From the sequence record MT498063.1: a stretch of 32,000 nucleotides of DNA; one strand, 5' to 3'. The position numbers and the translations under genes were made by a program. Below the pieces are notes generated by a model. It made no database searches. It was not told the origin of the DNA and was given only the letters and a program-made list of their open reading frames with translations. Positions within the stretch are counted from its first letter, which is position 1, and each line of letters begins with the position of its first letter. This stretch comes from Microbacterium phage Mercedes. Shown here in pieces: positions 9,480 to 18,136 of this stretch.

Positions 9480-10046
9480 ATGACCAAGCCCATCAAGGTG
9501 ATCAGCCGCTGGGAGCACTTCAAGCGGCTCACCGTCTGGCACCCCATCAACACGGACCCGAGCGACAACTACCGCCACGGGCCGAAGTTCTGGTACCCGA
9601 CATTCGACCTGTTCATGGTCGCCCTCGGTGTGTACGCCTACTTCATCGGCTCGCCCCTTCTCAACCGACTGTTCCCGTCCTGGTTCGTTGATGGCCTGGG
9701 GTTGGCCATCCTGACCGCCGCCCTGTTGGCTGCTGTAGGTGCAGTCATCCCGAAGCTGTTCCTTGTCGAGCTCCTGGGGAAGCTCGGCCTGGTGTTCCTT
9801 CTGGGCGGGTACGCCGGTACGGTGGCGGCGCTGTCACGGGTCAGTGACCCGAACGGCTTCGTCGTCATCACGCTGTTCAGCTTGGTCTGGCTGCTGGGTC
9901 CGCGCCTGTCGTGGCTCTACATTCGCCTGAACAAGTGGTGGCTGACAACCGATATCGGCAAGCGCCAGGCCACACGAGCAGCCGCACGCAAGCGCATTCG
10001 AGACGCCCGGAAGAAGGCTCGGAAGGCGGCACGCAGTGGACGCTAA
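9480..10046 (+). CDS. multi-pass membrane protein of the lysis cassette
   Basis: ATG at 9480 after GGGAGAATC; 188 aa with several hydrophobic segments and a basic C-terminus. Confidence 0.65.
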   Translation: MTKPIKVISRWEHFKRLTVWHPINTDPSDNYRHGPKFWYPTFDLFMVALGVYAYFIGSPLLNRLFPSWFVDGLGLAILTAALLAAVGAVIPKLFLVELLGKLGLVFLLGGYAGTVAALSRVSDPNGFVVITLFSLVWLLGPRLSWLYIRLNKWWLTTDIGKRQATRAAARKRIRDARKKARKAARSGR

Positions 10047-10368
10047 CGCCATCCCTGGACTCATCACTGGTTCCCTGGCCCTGGTGGCAGCTATCGCCAG
10101 TGGCTTCATCTCGAACTGGTTCCAGAACCGTCGTGAGCGCTCCGCACACCAGCGGGCCAGCGGTACCCCTGGGGCACCTACCGTTCAGGACATCTGGCTG
10201 CGCCAGGACAAGACAGAGCGGGCGCTCAAGGCTTCCCTGGTGCTGCTGGCAGAGTCCATCGAGCAGCATGCCAACCCTGGGGCGCTGCGCCTGTCCAAGT
10301 CCGCCATCAAGACCCTCCGCGAGACAGAGTACCTGCCTCCGGAGCTCGAAGACGTGCTCACCGACTGA
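10036..10368 (+). CDS. single-TM membrane protein of the lysis cassette
   Basis: GTG start overlapping the upstream gene; 110 aa, one N-terminal TM (LITGSLALVAAIASGFISNW). Confidence 0.6.
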   Translation: MDANAIPGLITGSLALVAAIASGFISNWFQNRRERSAHQRASGTPGAPTVQDIWLRQDKTERALKASLVLLAESIEQHANPGALRLSKSAIKTLRETEYLPPELEDVLTD

Positions 10369-10390
10369 GCACCAAACAAAGGAGAATGAT

Positions 10391-10684
10391 ATGTCGAATC
10401 TCGACCCGCACGACTACAAGAACGGCCAGCCCATCACCGCCCTGAAGGTCGGGGAGGAGGTCAGCTCCGCCAGCCCGAAGATCGAGCTGGGCAAGTCCAA
10501 GGCGTTCTTCGCCGGCGCGGCAGGCCTCGTCACGGCCCTCAGCGTGTGGCTGACCGGCGAGCCCCTGGCTGATGGCGCGATCGACCTGAACGAGGGCTTC
10601 GCCCTGGTGCTGGCCGTGCTGGGCGGCCTGGGTGTCGGTGGCCTGGGCACCTACGTCGTGCCCACGAAGGTGAAGGGCAAGTAG
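10391..10684 (+). CDS. holin-like protein
   Basis: ATG at 10391 after AAAGGAGAATGAT; 97 aa with two hydrophobic segments and short charged tail; last gene of the rightward late operon. Confidence 0.6.
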   Translation: MSNLDPHDYKNGQPITALKVGEEVSSASPKIELGKSKAFFAGAAGLVTALSVWLTGEPLADGAIDLNEGFALVLAVLGGLGVGGLGTYVVPTKVKGK

Positions 10685-10700
10685 CCTTTCGCCGGCGCTG

Positions 10701-10733
10701 AACCGCCCCCTGGCCTAGTGCTGGGGGGCGGTT
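10701..10733 (+). terminator. rho-independent terminator of the late operon
   Basis: AACCGCCCCC / GGGGGCGGTT 10-bp perfect stem followed by T, 16 bp after the last late stop codon. Confidence 0.7.
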
Positions 10734-10759
10734 TGCTGTGTACCCGTCCGCGAGGCCTT

Positions 10760-10844
10760 CTGAGCGGCTGAGAGCCAGCTTCTCTACCAGCCCTTGCCCC
10801 GGTACAGCTAAGCGGCCCCCTGGGGTTACCAGAGAGCCGCTCAG
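10760..10844. repeat. 10-bp perfect inverted repeat in the convergent junction
   Basis: CTGAGCGGCT (10760-10769) and AGCCGCTCAG (10835-10844). Confidence 0.6.
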
Positions 10845-10847
10845 AGT

Positions 10848-10881
10848 GGGGTGGTTAGCCCCGATGCATGATAACCACCCC
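10848..10881 (-). terminator. hairpin terminating the leftward operon
   Basis: GGGGTGGTTA (10848-10857) / TAACCACCCC (10872-10881), 10-bp perfect stem, 5 bp beyond the stop codon at 10887. Confidence 0.55.
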
Positions 10882-10886
10882 CTTAG

Positions 10887-11066
10887 TCATTCCACAACGG
10901 GAAACTTCTGGTTCAGCGGGACGATGGCGATGCCGAGGTCGGTGTGCAGCCGCCCGCGCTGGTGGTCGATGCGCTGGATGCGGATGACGGTGGCCTCATT
11001 GCCCTCCGGGTCGATGATGCGGTCGTTGTGCTTGAGGTCTTCAGCCTTGGTGATCGTGCTTGCCAT
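10887..11066 (-). CDS. small hypothetical protein MASTITKAEDLKHNDRIIDPEGNEATVIRIQRIDHQRGRLHTDLGIAIVPLNQKFPVVE
   Basis: 59 aa with a strong SD AAGGAGA 6 nt upstream of the ATG. Confidence 0.7.
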   Translation of the reverse strand: MASTITKAEDLKHNDRIIDPEGNEATVIRIQRIDHQRGRLHTDLGIAIVPLNQKFPVVE

Positions 11067-11078
11067 GATGTATTCTCC

Positions 11079-11252
11079 TTAGAAGAGGTTCTTGCACTTG
11101 GTGCAGGTGACTGCGGACTTGAGTGAAGTGGTGAGTACGATTGCTCCGGAGTGGCGGCCGCGAGCCGGAATGCCGCAAGCGGCTTCCTGGTCTCCGGAGG
11201 AAGTCTGCCAGTTGATGCCGGGCTTAGCGCTGGGGCTGTAGTGGAGCTTCAT
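11079..11252 (-). CDS. small Cys-containing protein ...QEAACGIPARGRHSG...VTCTKCKNLF
   Basis: 57 aa ORF between two genes of the same strand; terminal CxxC motif plus an internal Cys and His suggests a zinc-binding fold. Confidence 0.55.
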   Translation of the reverse strand: MKLHYSPSAKPGINWQTSSGDQEAACGIPARGRHSGAIVLTTSLKSAVTCTKCKNLF

Positions 11253-11260
11253 GTAGGTAG

Positions 11261-11289
11261 CTTAGCACGCATCATCAATGAGTGCGCAA
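11261..11289 (-). promoter_or_regulatory. candidate promoter TTGCGC-N17-GCTAAG
   Basis: -35 TTGCGC (11284-11289 complement), weak -10 at 11261-11266; same -35 as other leftward promoters. Confidence 0.35.
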
Positions 11290-12951
11290 CTAGTCTTCTT
11301 CTACCTGACGCTTGATGATCTTGAGCGAGTTGTTGATGTAGTGCTGCGTGTTGTTGCGTTTGGTCTGCACACCCAGGCGAAGGAAGTCTTCATCCTCAGC
11401 TGGTGCCGCCAGGCTCATGATGAAATCAGACCAGGCGTGCAGTGCCGTTGCCCCCAGGATCGACTCCTGGATGCTTTCACCCTTCTCGAAGACCCGCTTT
11501 CGAGTGTGATGGATGAACAGCACTGCACACCCGGTCGCCTTGGCAATGTCCTTGACGGGCTTGAGTACGGCGTACATCTCCTTCTGATCGGAGACGTTAC
11601 CCTTGCCGATGGCCATGGACAGAGTGTCAATGATGACAAGCTTGAGGTCGTGCTTGATGATGGTCTCGTAGAGCCGCTGCTGGTCTTCCGGGGTGCTCAG
11701 GTCGACCTGCGCGAAGTTCGTGAACAGGCTCATAGGCTGCGGGGGCTCCCACACCAGCGCGCCGCCCTCCGGCCTGATGTGGCCATCCCAGTGGTACTTC
11801 TCGCGACCGTGGTGCATGCCGCTCTGAAGACGCTCAGCGAACAGATACTCGCCGTCCTCGAGGCTGAAGAAGCCAACCGCCTTGGGACGCTGACTGGAGA
11901 TGCCGAGTGGGCGCTTGCCGGTGGCCAGCCCCAGGGCTACCTCGATGGCGATACGGGTCTTGCCCACCTTGGGGGCTGCGACGATGAGACCACATCCGGC
12001 CTCAGGGATGATGCCAGGCAGCACCCACCGGAACGGCTGGCGTAGTACAGGCCCGAAGTCGCCCACGGTAGCCATGTCCCAGGCTTCGATGGGCGCTTCC
12101 TCGTCGAACTCATTCTCGACCTGGTCCTTGGCCTGCGCCTGCTGGACATCCTTGGTGGGGGTGGCCGGTGCAGCCTCGTACGCCTTCTCGATGTCGTCCT
12201 TGAGCCGCTGCGGGTCATCAGCCCACTTATTCCACTTGGTAGCCTTGATCAGCTTGAAGGTGAGGTCCTGGGGGATGAGCAGCTCAGAAGCATTGCGGCT
12301 GAACTTCCACAGTAGCTTGGAGCGGTCACCGTACGGGTCATCCGCTGCCAGCTCGCTAGCCAGAGCCGGCGAGAAGCCGAGCTGCCTGGCCACACGGTTG
12401 AGTAGCATGCCGCGCGTGTAGACGGTGCCAGTGGACCTGAGAATGCGCCCCTGGAAGGCCTCACGCTTGTGATGCCAGGTCCCGGGCACGCGCAGAAGCT
12501 GCCCTACGTCTACCCCAGACTTGTCGGCGCCCAGTGCCTGGGTGAGCATGCCGATGAGGCCGTCACGATTGAACTCGCTGCGCGGCACCCGTTCCTTCAT
12601 CAGCCAGATGGCTTGGGTGTGGCCGGGCGAGGTCTCCCACATGAACGAAGGCTTCATTGCCTCCAGCATCTTGCGGTCATAGCTTTCGTCACAGTCAACC
12701 CAGATGGCGCGCTGTGCAGGGTACTTCTTGGCACGACGGGTGTCGCCGTTGCTGACCGCCGGTGTCCAATACCAGTCGCGATCATCGAGGAGTTCGGGGA
12801 GCTTCGGGCTGGCCGCATTCAATACCGCGCCTTCGCGGAAGTGCTCCTTGCCTTCTACACCGATGTTCTGGATGCTGGGCATCCACACGTTGCCGTCAAC
12901 GCCTGAGTGCTTCCACACCTTGCGGACTAGGTCGAGAGGGTTGCTATCCAC
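11290..12951 (-). CDS. primase-helicase: RepB-type AEP-like primase fused to RepA-type (AAA_25) hexameric helicase
   Basis: 553 aa; AIWVDCDE ... SPGHTQAIWLM ... DVGQLLRVPGTWHHK (primase) and APKVGKTRIAIEVA (Walker A), LVIIDTLS (Walker B), VLFIHHTRK. Confidence 0.8.
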   Translation of the reverse strand: MDSNPLDLVRKVWKHSGVDGNVWMPSIQNIGVEGKEHFREGAVLNAASPKLPELLDDRDWYWTPAVSNGDTRRAKKYPAQRAIWVDCDESYDRKMLEAMKPSFMWETSPGHTQAIWLMKERVPRSEFNRDGLIGMLTQALGADKSGVDVGQLLRVPGTWHHKREAFQGRILRSTGTVYTRGMLLNRVARQLGFSPALASELAADDPYGDRSKLLWKFSRNASELLIPQDLTFKLIKATKWNKWADDPQRLKDDIEKAYEAAPATPTKDVQQAQAKDQVENEFDEEAPIEAWDMATVGDFGPVLRQPFRWVLPGIIPEAGCGLIVAAPKVGKTRIAIEVALGLATGKRPLGISSQRPKAVGFFSLEDGEYLFAERLQSGMHHGREKYHWDGHIRPEGGALVWEPPQPMSLFTNFAQVDLSTPEDQQRLYETIIKHDLKLVIIDTLSMAIGKGNVSDQKEMYAVLKPVKDIAKATGCAVLFIHHTRKRVFEKGESIQESILGATALHAWSDFIMSLAAPAEDEDFLRLGVQTKRNNTQHYINNSLKIIKRQVEED

Positions 12952-13220
12952 TCCACTACTTCCTGAACCTTGGGGTCATGGCTGACGAATGTAGCACCGC
13001 CAGCCCGACTGAATTGCTTGAGGGTGTATAGCTGCGATTCGGTAGGCTTCTCACGCGCTGTGCGCTTAGCCTCGATGGTGAAGAAGTAACCGTGTGCGCA
13101 ACCGATGATGTCGGGGGTACCCTTCTGTTGAAAGGCACCCCCGTGAGTGCGGAGGCAGTACACCCCAGGAATGGCGTTGAGCCGCTTCATCATGCGGCGC
13201 ACCACCTCCGCCTCATCCAT
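12927..13220 (-). CDS. VRR-Nuc domain nuclease
   Basis: 97 aa; GVYCLRTHGGAFQQKGTPDIIGCAHGYFFTIEAKR matches the G-x-PD-x(n)-(I)EAK core of VRR-Nuc. Confidence 0.85.
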   Translation of the reverse strand: MDEAEVVRRMMKRLNAIPGVYCLRTHGGAFQQKGTPDIIGCAHGYFFTIEAKRTAREKPTESQLYTLKQFSRAGGATFVSHDPKVQEVVEWIATLST

Positions 13221-14074
13221 CAGCGGCGCTTGACGGTGCGACGCGCGGGAGCGGCCTTGGCCGGTGCGGTCTTGGCTGCGGGCTTGCGTGCCGCCGGACG
13301 CTTGCGGGGAGCCGGCTCGGGCTCCTCCTCCTCGTCCTCGTCGTCGAACTCCTCGTCCTCGAGCTCTTCATCCTCGAGGTCCTCGTCGTCCAGGTCGTCC
13401 TCCTCATCGGAGTCCTCCTCGGCGCCGAGCTCCTCCTCCAGGACCAGCTCGACGAGGTCGGCCTGCTTCACGCCTGCCGTGTCGATGCCGAGGCCCTTGG
13501 CACGCTTGCGCAGTGCCGCCAGGGTCAGACCCTCGATCTCCTCACGGAGCTCGTCGTCCTCCTCGTCACCCGCCTCTTCCTCCTCGTCGTCGAACTCCTC
13601 GTCGTCTTCGACCTCATCGGCCTCCTCGTCGACGTCGTCCTCCTCTACCTCGTCATCGGAGTCGACCTGGTCGTCGTCCTCGATGATGGAGCGGTCGTAC
13701 ACCCCGTCGATCTCGGAGCGGCCAGCGTACTGACCCGAGGCGTCGGTGACCTCGGCGGCGATGATCTTGCCGATCGGCGCATCCGGGTCGAGGGCGACGC
13801 GCTTCTTGGGCACGGTCAGCCCGGCAGCGACGAAGATGTCGCGGATCTTGAAGTACTGGTTCGCCTGGTGCTTGCAGTAGTACGGGAAGAGGCGCGTCTT
13901 GTACTTCGGGTTGACCGGACGCAGACCGTAGGTCCACATCGCCGTCCCGTCGTTGGCGTCCTTCAGGTCGACCAGCTCGATCTTGAACTCGTGGAGGCCT
14001 TCCGGCATCTCCTTGGTGTTCCAGCCCGAGCGCTCCTCGACCTTGCTGAAGTCGAGAGTGATCTTCTTGCCCAT
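13220..14074 (-). CDS. ssDNA-binding-like protein with acidic, SAP-like and Lys/Ala/Arg-rich C-terminal modules
   Basis: 284 aa; N-terminal about 130 aa resembles phage SSB-like/DUF669-type proteins located beside Sak4; then D/E tracts, LTLAALRKRAKGLGIDTAGVKQADLVELVLEEE (SAP/HeH-like), then RKRPAARKPAAKTAPAKAAPARRTVKRR. Confidence 0.6.
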   Translation of the reverse strand: MGKKITLDFSKVEERSGWNTKEMPEGLHEFKIELVDLKDANDGTAMWTYGLRPVNPKYKTRLFPYYCKHQANQYFKIRDIFVAAGLTVPKKRVALDPDAPIGKIIAAEVTDASGQYAGRSEIDGVYDRSIIEDDDQVDSDDEVEEDDVDEEADEVEDDEEFDDEEEEAGDEEDDELREEIEGLTLAALRKRAKGLGIDTAGVKQADLVELVLEEELGAEEDSDEEDDLDDEDLEDEELEDEEFDDEDEEEEPEPAPRKRPAARKPAAKTAPAKAAPARRTVKRR

Positions 14075-14105
14075 GTTGTTCGTTTCCTTTTCTTGATATT
14101 CTCGA

Positions 14106-14777
14106 CTAGCGGGTCCAGCCGAGAAGCTGGTTCAAGCGAGCGATGCTTGGCTGCTTGAGGTATGCGGGGGAGCCGTGATACTTGTCGCTGCGCGCCCCGG
14201 CCACAATCGACGAGGACGGCCCCAGCCAGAGCCGGCGAACCGGCTTGCCGTCGACGTGGGCGATGTACATGCGTGCGATGGCATCCGACATCTGGAGAAG
14301 GGCGCTGGCTGCACCAGCTGACAGGTCAACCGTGGTCATGACTCCGGTGTCCTCGTCGTCGTCCTCACTGACCCAGTCTTCGTTCGGCAGGATGAGCCGC
14401 TCCTGGGCCAGCACGATCACCGTCTTCTTGCTGTCACGCAAGGTCCTGATGAGTGTGGCCAGACCAGTGTTCGCCGTACCGAAGTCCTGCTTCCGGATCT
14501 GGGCACCAGGCCCACCAGCCGACTCCTGCTGGAACAGCGCGTGCAGGCTGGTAGCGGTATCGATGACGAAGCGTTGGTGCTTCGCCAGGAAGCTGCTGTT
14601 CACCGTCTTGTTGATGGTGCGCGAGGACAGGTCCTCCAGGATGGTCATGCCGGTGGTGTCGATACCGAGCAACCCCTGGTCGGCGCTGAACACCGCTGTC
14701 TTGCCCTTGGGGGCATCCTTGAGGGCGAGGGTGGTCTTACCGACCTTCGGCCTGCCGTAAATAGTGATGACGCTCAC
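14106..14777 (-). CDS. RecA-like AAA ATPase (Sak4-like recombinase)
   Basis: 223 aa; YGRPKVGKTTLA Walker A, RFVIDTATSLHAL Walker B region, located between SSB-like and RecB-like nuclease genes. Confidence 0.8.
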   Translation of the reverse strand: MSVITIYGRPKVGKTTLALKDAPKGKTAVFSADQGLLGIDTTGMTILEDLSSRTINKTVNSSFLAKHQRFVIDTATSLHALFQQESAGGPGAQIRKQDFGTANTGLATLIRTLRDSKKTVIVLAQERLILPNEDWVSEDDDEDTGVMTTVDLSAGAASALLQMSDAIARMYIAHVDGKPVRRLWLGPSSSIVAGARSDKYHGSPAYLKQPSIARLNQLLGWTR

Positions 14778-15955
14778 TTCTTGGCCTTGCCTTTCTTGTC
14801 TTGGTTGGGGTAGTAGTCCAGCGGGTCACGCGTGGTGACGTACTGGGTGCGCTGCTCGATCTCGGAGCTGCCGTGCATGAGGTCGGCAACCGTGAGGTCC
14901 TTGTAGCCACAAGTATACCCTGAACATGCACTCAGGTTGCGTTCCACCCGGTCAGGGTCATCCCACTTGTAGGTCAGCAGCCTGCGGGCGCTGGTGTAGA
15001 AGGCCTTGAGCTGGCGCTTTCGCTGCGCCTCGCTGAACACCAGGCGGTCACGCCGGAAGGTGTCGCTGTAGTCACGATGCTTGAGCTCCATCAGGAACTC
15101 CTCGACATAGGCCCGCTCTTCGGCGTCTTCGATCGAGAGGAGGTCTTCACCACGGATGACCGACATGAGATTGTTCTTGATGAGCCACTCGCGGAACACC
15201 GGGTAGGTGGTGCCAGACGGCTTGAGCACGCGGCTGAGCTTGCCCTTCTGCGTCAGCGTGGGCGTCTTGATGGCGTTCGTACGGCAGTAGTCGTAGATGA
15301 AGCCCTTGGGCTGCGGGAGACGCTTGCCCTTGTAGCGGAGCGCCCTGTAGGTCGGCGCCGTTTCGCAGGCCCAGAGGTAGCTGTAGTGCTGGAAAGCGAG
15401 CTCCCGGTACCGCCAGTCTGGAAGCTGAGCGTGTGTCTTGTGATCGCCCAGCCACACATCACCGTTCTCATCAACCCAGATGATATCGATGCGGCCCCGG
15501 TACAGCGCCTTCCCACGGAACATGGGCCGCTCCACCGTGAGCTCGACGGCAACCGGCGTGAGGACCTCGTGCAGCTTCTGCTCGTACACCCAGTCGTAGC
15601 TGAGGACGATGTTGTAGCACTCCTCAGCCAGAGGCGCAACCTCTTCCTCGAACTGAGTCTGCTCAGCTTCAGCGATGAGTTCCAGGTGCTTCTTCTTCCA
15701 GTCGCCGCCGTTGCCCCGCTCCTCGAGCAGCGCGTGAACCCAGGTGCCGCGCGTGAGTGGCTTGGACGCGAGCTTGGTGCGCAGCCCCAGGACGATGCTG
15801 TAGTACGTTTCCCGAGGGCAGTTGACGAAGCCGCTGACCATGGACTGCGTGATGACCAGCTTGCCGTCATCAGTAGTGGGCCAGGTGCCGCGTGCGCCGT
15901 GCCAGGCTTTCTTACCGGCCTCCTTGCCGGTCGCCGGCAGTGCCTTCGCGGGCAT
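14774..15955 (-). CDS. PD-(D/E)XK exonuclease (RecB/Cas4-like)
   Basis: 393 aa; SMVSGFVNCPRETYY, GRIDIIWVDENGDVWLGDHKTH (D...DHK catalytic core), AFQHYSYLW. Confidence 0.85.
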   Translation of the reverse strand: MPAKALPATGKEAGKKAWHGARGTWPTTDDGKLVITQSMVSGFVNCPRETYYSIVLGLRTKLASKPLTRGTWVHALLEERGNGGDWKKKHLELIAEAEQTQFEEEVAPLAEECYNIVLSYDWVYEQKLHEVLTPVAVELTVERPMFRGKALYRGRIDIIWVDENGDVWLGDHKTHAQLPDWRYRELAFQHYSYLWACETAPTYRALRYKGKRLPQPKGFIYDYCRTNAIKTPTLTQKGKLSRVLKPSGTTYPVFREWLIKNNLMSVIRGEDLLSIEDAEERAYVEEFLMELKHRDYSDTFRRDRLVFSEAQRKRQLKAFYTSARRLLTYKWDDPDRVERNLSACSGYTCGYKDLTVADLMHGSSEIEQRTQYVTTRDPLDYYPNQDKKGKAKK

Positions 15956-16131
15956 CAGGCAGCCACCAGCTCTACGAGGTCATCATGATCGATGACGAGA
16001 TGCTTCTGGCACAGGGTCCACTTGCACTTGAGGATAGAAGCTGAACCGCTGATCCAGGCCACCACCTGATAGTGATGCTTCTTAGTGACATGTCCGCACG
16101 GAGCGTTAGAATTCGGCAAGGGGTTCACCAC
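15955..16131 (-). CDS. small protein (V)VNPLPNSNAPCGHVTKKHHYQVVAWISGSASILKCKWTLCQKHLVIDHDDLVELVAA
   Basis: Frame open in track ORF 15955..16191; start uncertain (GTG near 16131), overlaps the 3' end of polA; Cys/His spacing suggests metal binding. Confidence 0.4.
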   Translation of the reverse strand: MVNPLPNSNAPCGHVTKKHHYQVVAWISGSASILKCKWTLCQKHLVIDHDDLVELVAA

Positions 16132-17965
16132 CCCAGCACCGCGAGATCGTGACGTCTGCCTTGAGGAAGAAGTCTTGCTTGAGCTGGTCATCAGCTGCCT
16201 CCATTGTCTCCTTGACGATGCGGCCGACCTTGCGTGCTGTCCGGTAAGGGGCTGTCAGACAGACGGAGTCATGCACCGTGGTAATAAGCTTAGCACCAAG
16301 CCGCTCTAGGCGGTAGTCCTGGGCCATACGGCCCAAGCTGACCAGCATGAAGTCACTGCCCAGCGATTGCACAGGTGAGTTGATAGCCTGGCGGAATGCG
16401 TTCTCCTGAACCCAGAAGTCTTCATGGTACACCTTGGGCAGATGACGGAAGCGTCCGAACTCGTTATGGACACCGCCGTACTCGACGGCCTCCCTACGCT
16501 GCTTCCGATACCAGACCGGCAGGTTGCTGAAGTTGTTGAAGTACTCCTCGCGGAAGGCTTCTGCTTCCTTGCGGGTAATGATGACACCGTACGACTCACG
16601 CACGTAGTCAGCGAAGTGCTTCGCCATCATGCCATAGAGGAAGCCGAAGTTCACACCCTTGGCCAGCGTGCGGTCGCCCTTGGTGATGTCCTTCGGGTCT
16701 TTCTTGGTAACCCTGCCGGCGATGTAAGTATGGATGTCCTCATCGGCTTCGAAGAGGGCGATCATGGTGGGCTCGTTCGCCAGCCGCGCGGCCACACGAA
16801 GTTCCAGCTGGCTGAAGTCGACCTCAATCCACGCCTGGCCGCGCTCCCCGAAGAGGTTACGTGTGGCCTTGTCCCGCGGGATCTGCTGACTGTTCAGGCC
16901 GGGGTTGTCGTCGCCGGGACTGCTGCTGCTGAGACGCCCTGTAACGGTCCCGGTCAGCTTGAAGCTGGTGCTCACCCGGCCGTCCACGGTGCGCTCTGTG
17001 AGAGGCGCGAGGAACTTGGTGAGCTGGCTGTACAGCGCTGCACGCTCCTGCAGCATGCGCGCGCCGGGGTGGTCGACCTTGGCCAGCACGCCGTCAGCCA
17101 GGCTGGGTGCGCCGTTGGGGAACGTCTTGGTTGGCTTGTTCCGTTGGGGGCACATCGCACCCTGATACTCGTACAGCCACCACTTCGTCCAGTTGGTGGC
17201 ACCCCACTTCGGCTTCGTCTTCTGCAGCCACTCGGGCCACTCCTCCTTGGGAGGAATGCTGGCGTCAAGCTTCTGCTCGATGTCAGCGATCTTGCCCTCG
17301 ACGATCTCCTTGGTCTTGGCGATCATCTTGACGCGCACCGGCAAGCGGTTATTCTCCATCTGGATGAGCGCGGGGCTGGCCGGGAGCATGATCTCCCGCA
17401 TGACGTACTCGGGGTTCTCCCCGGGACGCAGGTTCTTGCGGAGGTGGTTGCGCTGCCAGCGAAGTAGCTCGCGCGTGTGATGGACGTCCTTGCCTGCGTA
17501 GATGCTGACGCGGCGCTTGTCCTTGGCTGGTAGCACACGGTCTTTCCAGAGCTTCCCGAACGTGTCACCGAAGCGCTTGACGTCTTCCTCGGCCCAGTCC
17601 GGGTACCCCAGCAGCCGCACGGCCAGGTCCTTGAGGCCGACAGGGTGGTTCTCGTCGATGAGGTGGGCCATGAACATGGTGTCCCACCAGACGCACACCT
17701 TGGCCCCGTAGCTGTCGAGCCAGCGCTTGTCAAATGGCGAGTTGTGCGCTACACCCTTGCGGATGTTCAGCTTGCCGATGGCCGCTTCGGTGCGGGGCCA
17801 GTACACCAGCACGTCGTCACGATCGTATGGCGCGAACGCGACACAGAGGAGCTGCCCCTTGCCCACCGTGAGCGAGGTCGTCTCAATGTCGAAGATGAGC
17901 GGTGCCGTGGACTGGGCCAGGTACGCCTGTACCTCTGCCAGCTTGTCGGTGACGATCAAATCCAT
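16106..17965 (-). CDS. polA: DNA polymerase I family (family A) with 3'-5' exonuclease domain
   Basis: 619 aa; PLIFDIETTSL and AHNSPFDKRWLDSYG exo motifs; IEVDFSQLELRVAARL (motif A), AKGVNFGFLYG (motif B), TVHDSVCLTAP (motif C). Confidence 0.95.
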   Translation of the reverse strand: MDLIVTDKLAEVQAYLAQSTAPLIFDIETTSLTVGKGQLLCVAFAPYDRDDVLVYWPRTEAAIGKLNIRKGVAHNSPFDKRWLDSYGAKVCVWWDTMFMAHLIDENHPVGLKDLAVRLLGYPDWAEEDVKRFGDTFGKLWKDRVLPAKDKRRVSIYAGKDVHHTRELLRWQRNHLRKNLRPGENPEYVMREIMLPASPALIQMENNRLPVRVKMIAKTKEIVEGKIADIEQKLDASIPPKEEWPEWLQKTKPKWGATNWTKWWLYEYQGAMCPQRNKPTKTFPNGAPSLADGVLAKVDHPGARMLQERAALYSQLTKFLAPLTERTVDGRVSTSFKLTGTVTGRLSSSSPGDDNPGLNSQQIPRDKATRNLFGERGQAWIEVDFSQLELRVAARLANEPTMIALFEADEDIHTYIAGRVTKKDPKDITKGDRTLAKGVNFGFLYGMMAKHFADYVRESYGVIITRKEAEAFREEYFNNFSNLPVWYRKQRREAVEYGGVHNEFGRFRHLPKVYHEDFWVQENAFRQAINSPVQSLGSDFMLVSLGRMAQDYRLERLGAKLITTVHDSVCLTAPYRTARKVGRIVKETMEAADDQLKQDFFLKADVTISRCWGGEPLAEF

Positions 17966-18136
17966 TGGTGGACTCCTGGGGCCGTGGGGGCTTGTGGGAG
18001 TCGTTCAACGGAGACCAAACCGCCAGGCGTGTCACCCATTGAACGAGTGACAACTATCCTAGTGTCATTATCCCCGACCTGCGATCTATAACAGGCTCTA
18101 CGTAGCTTATTTCCGGGGTGGCATGACTGCCGCACG

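Noticed and set aside
13092-13733. + strand ORF with long Ser tract (SSSSSSSNSSSSS)
   Set aside because: Arises from the complement of GAG/GAC-rich acidic tracts of the SSB-like protein; not an independent gene.
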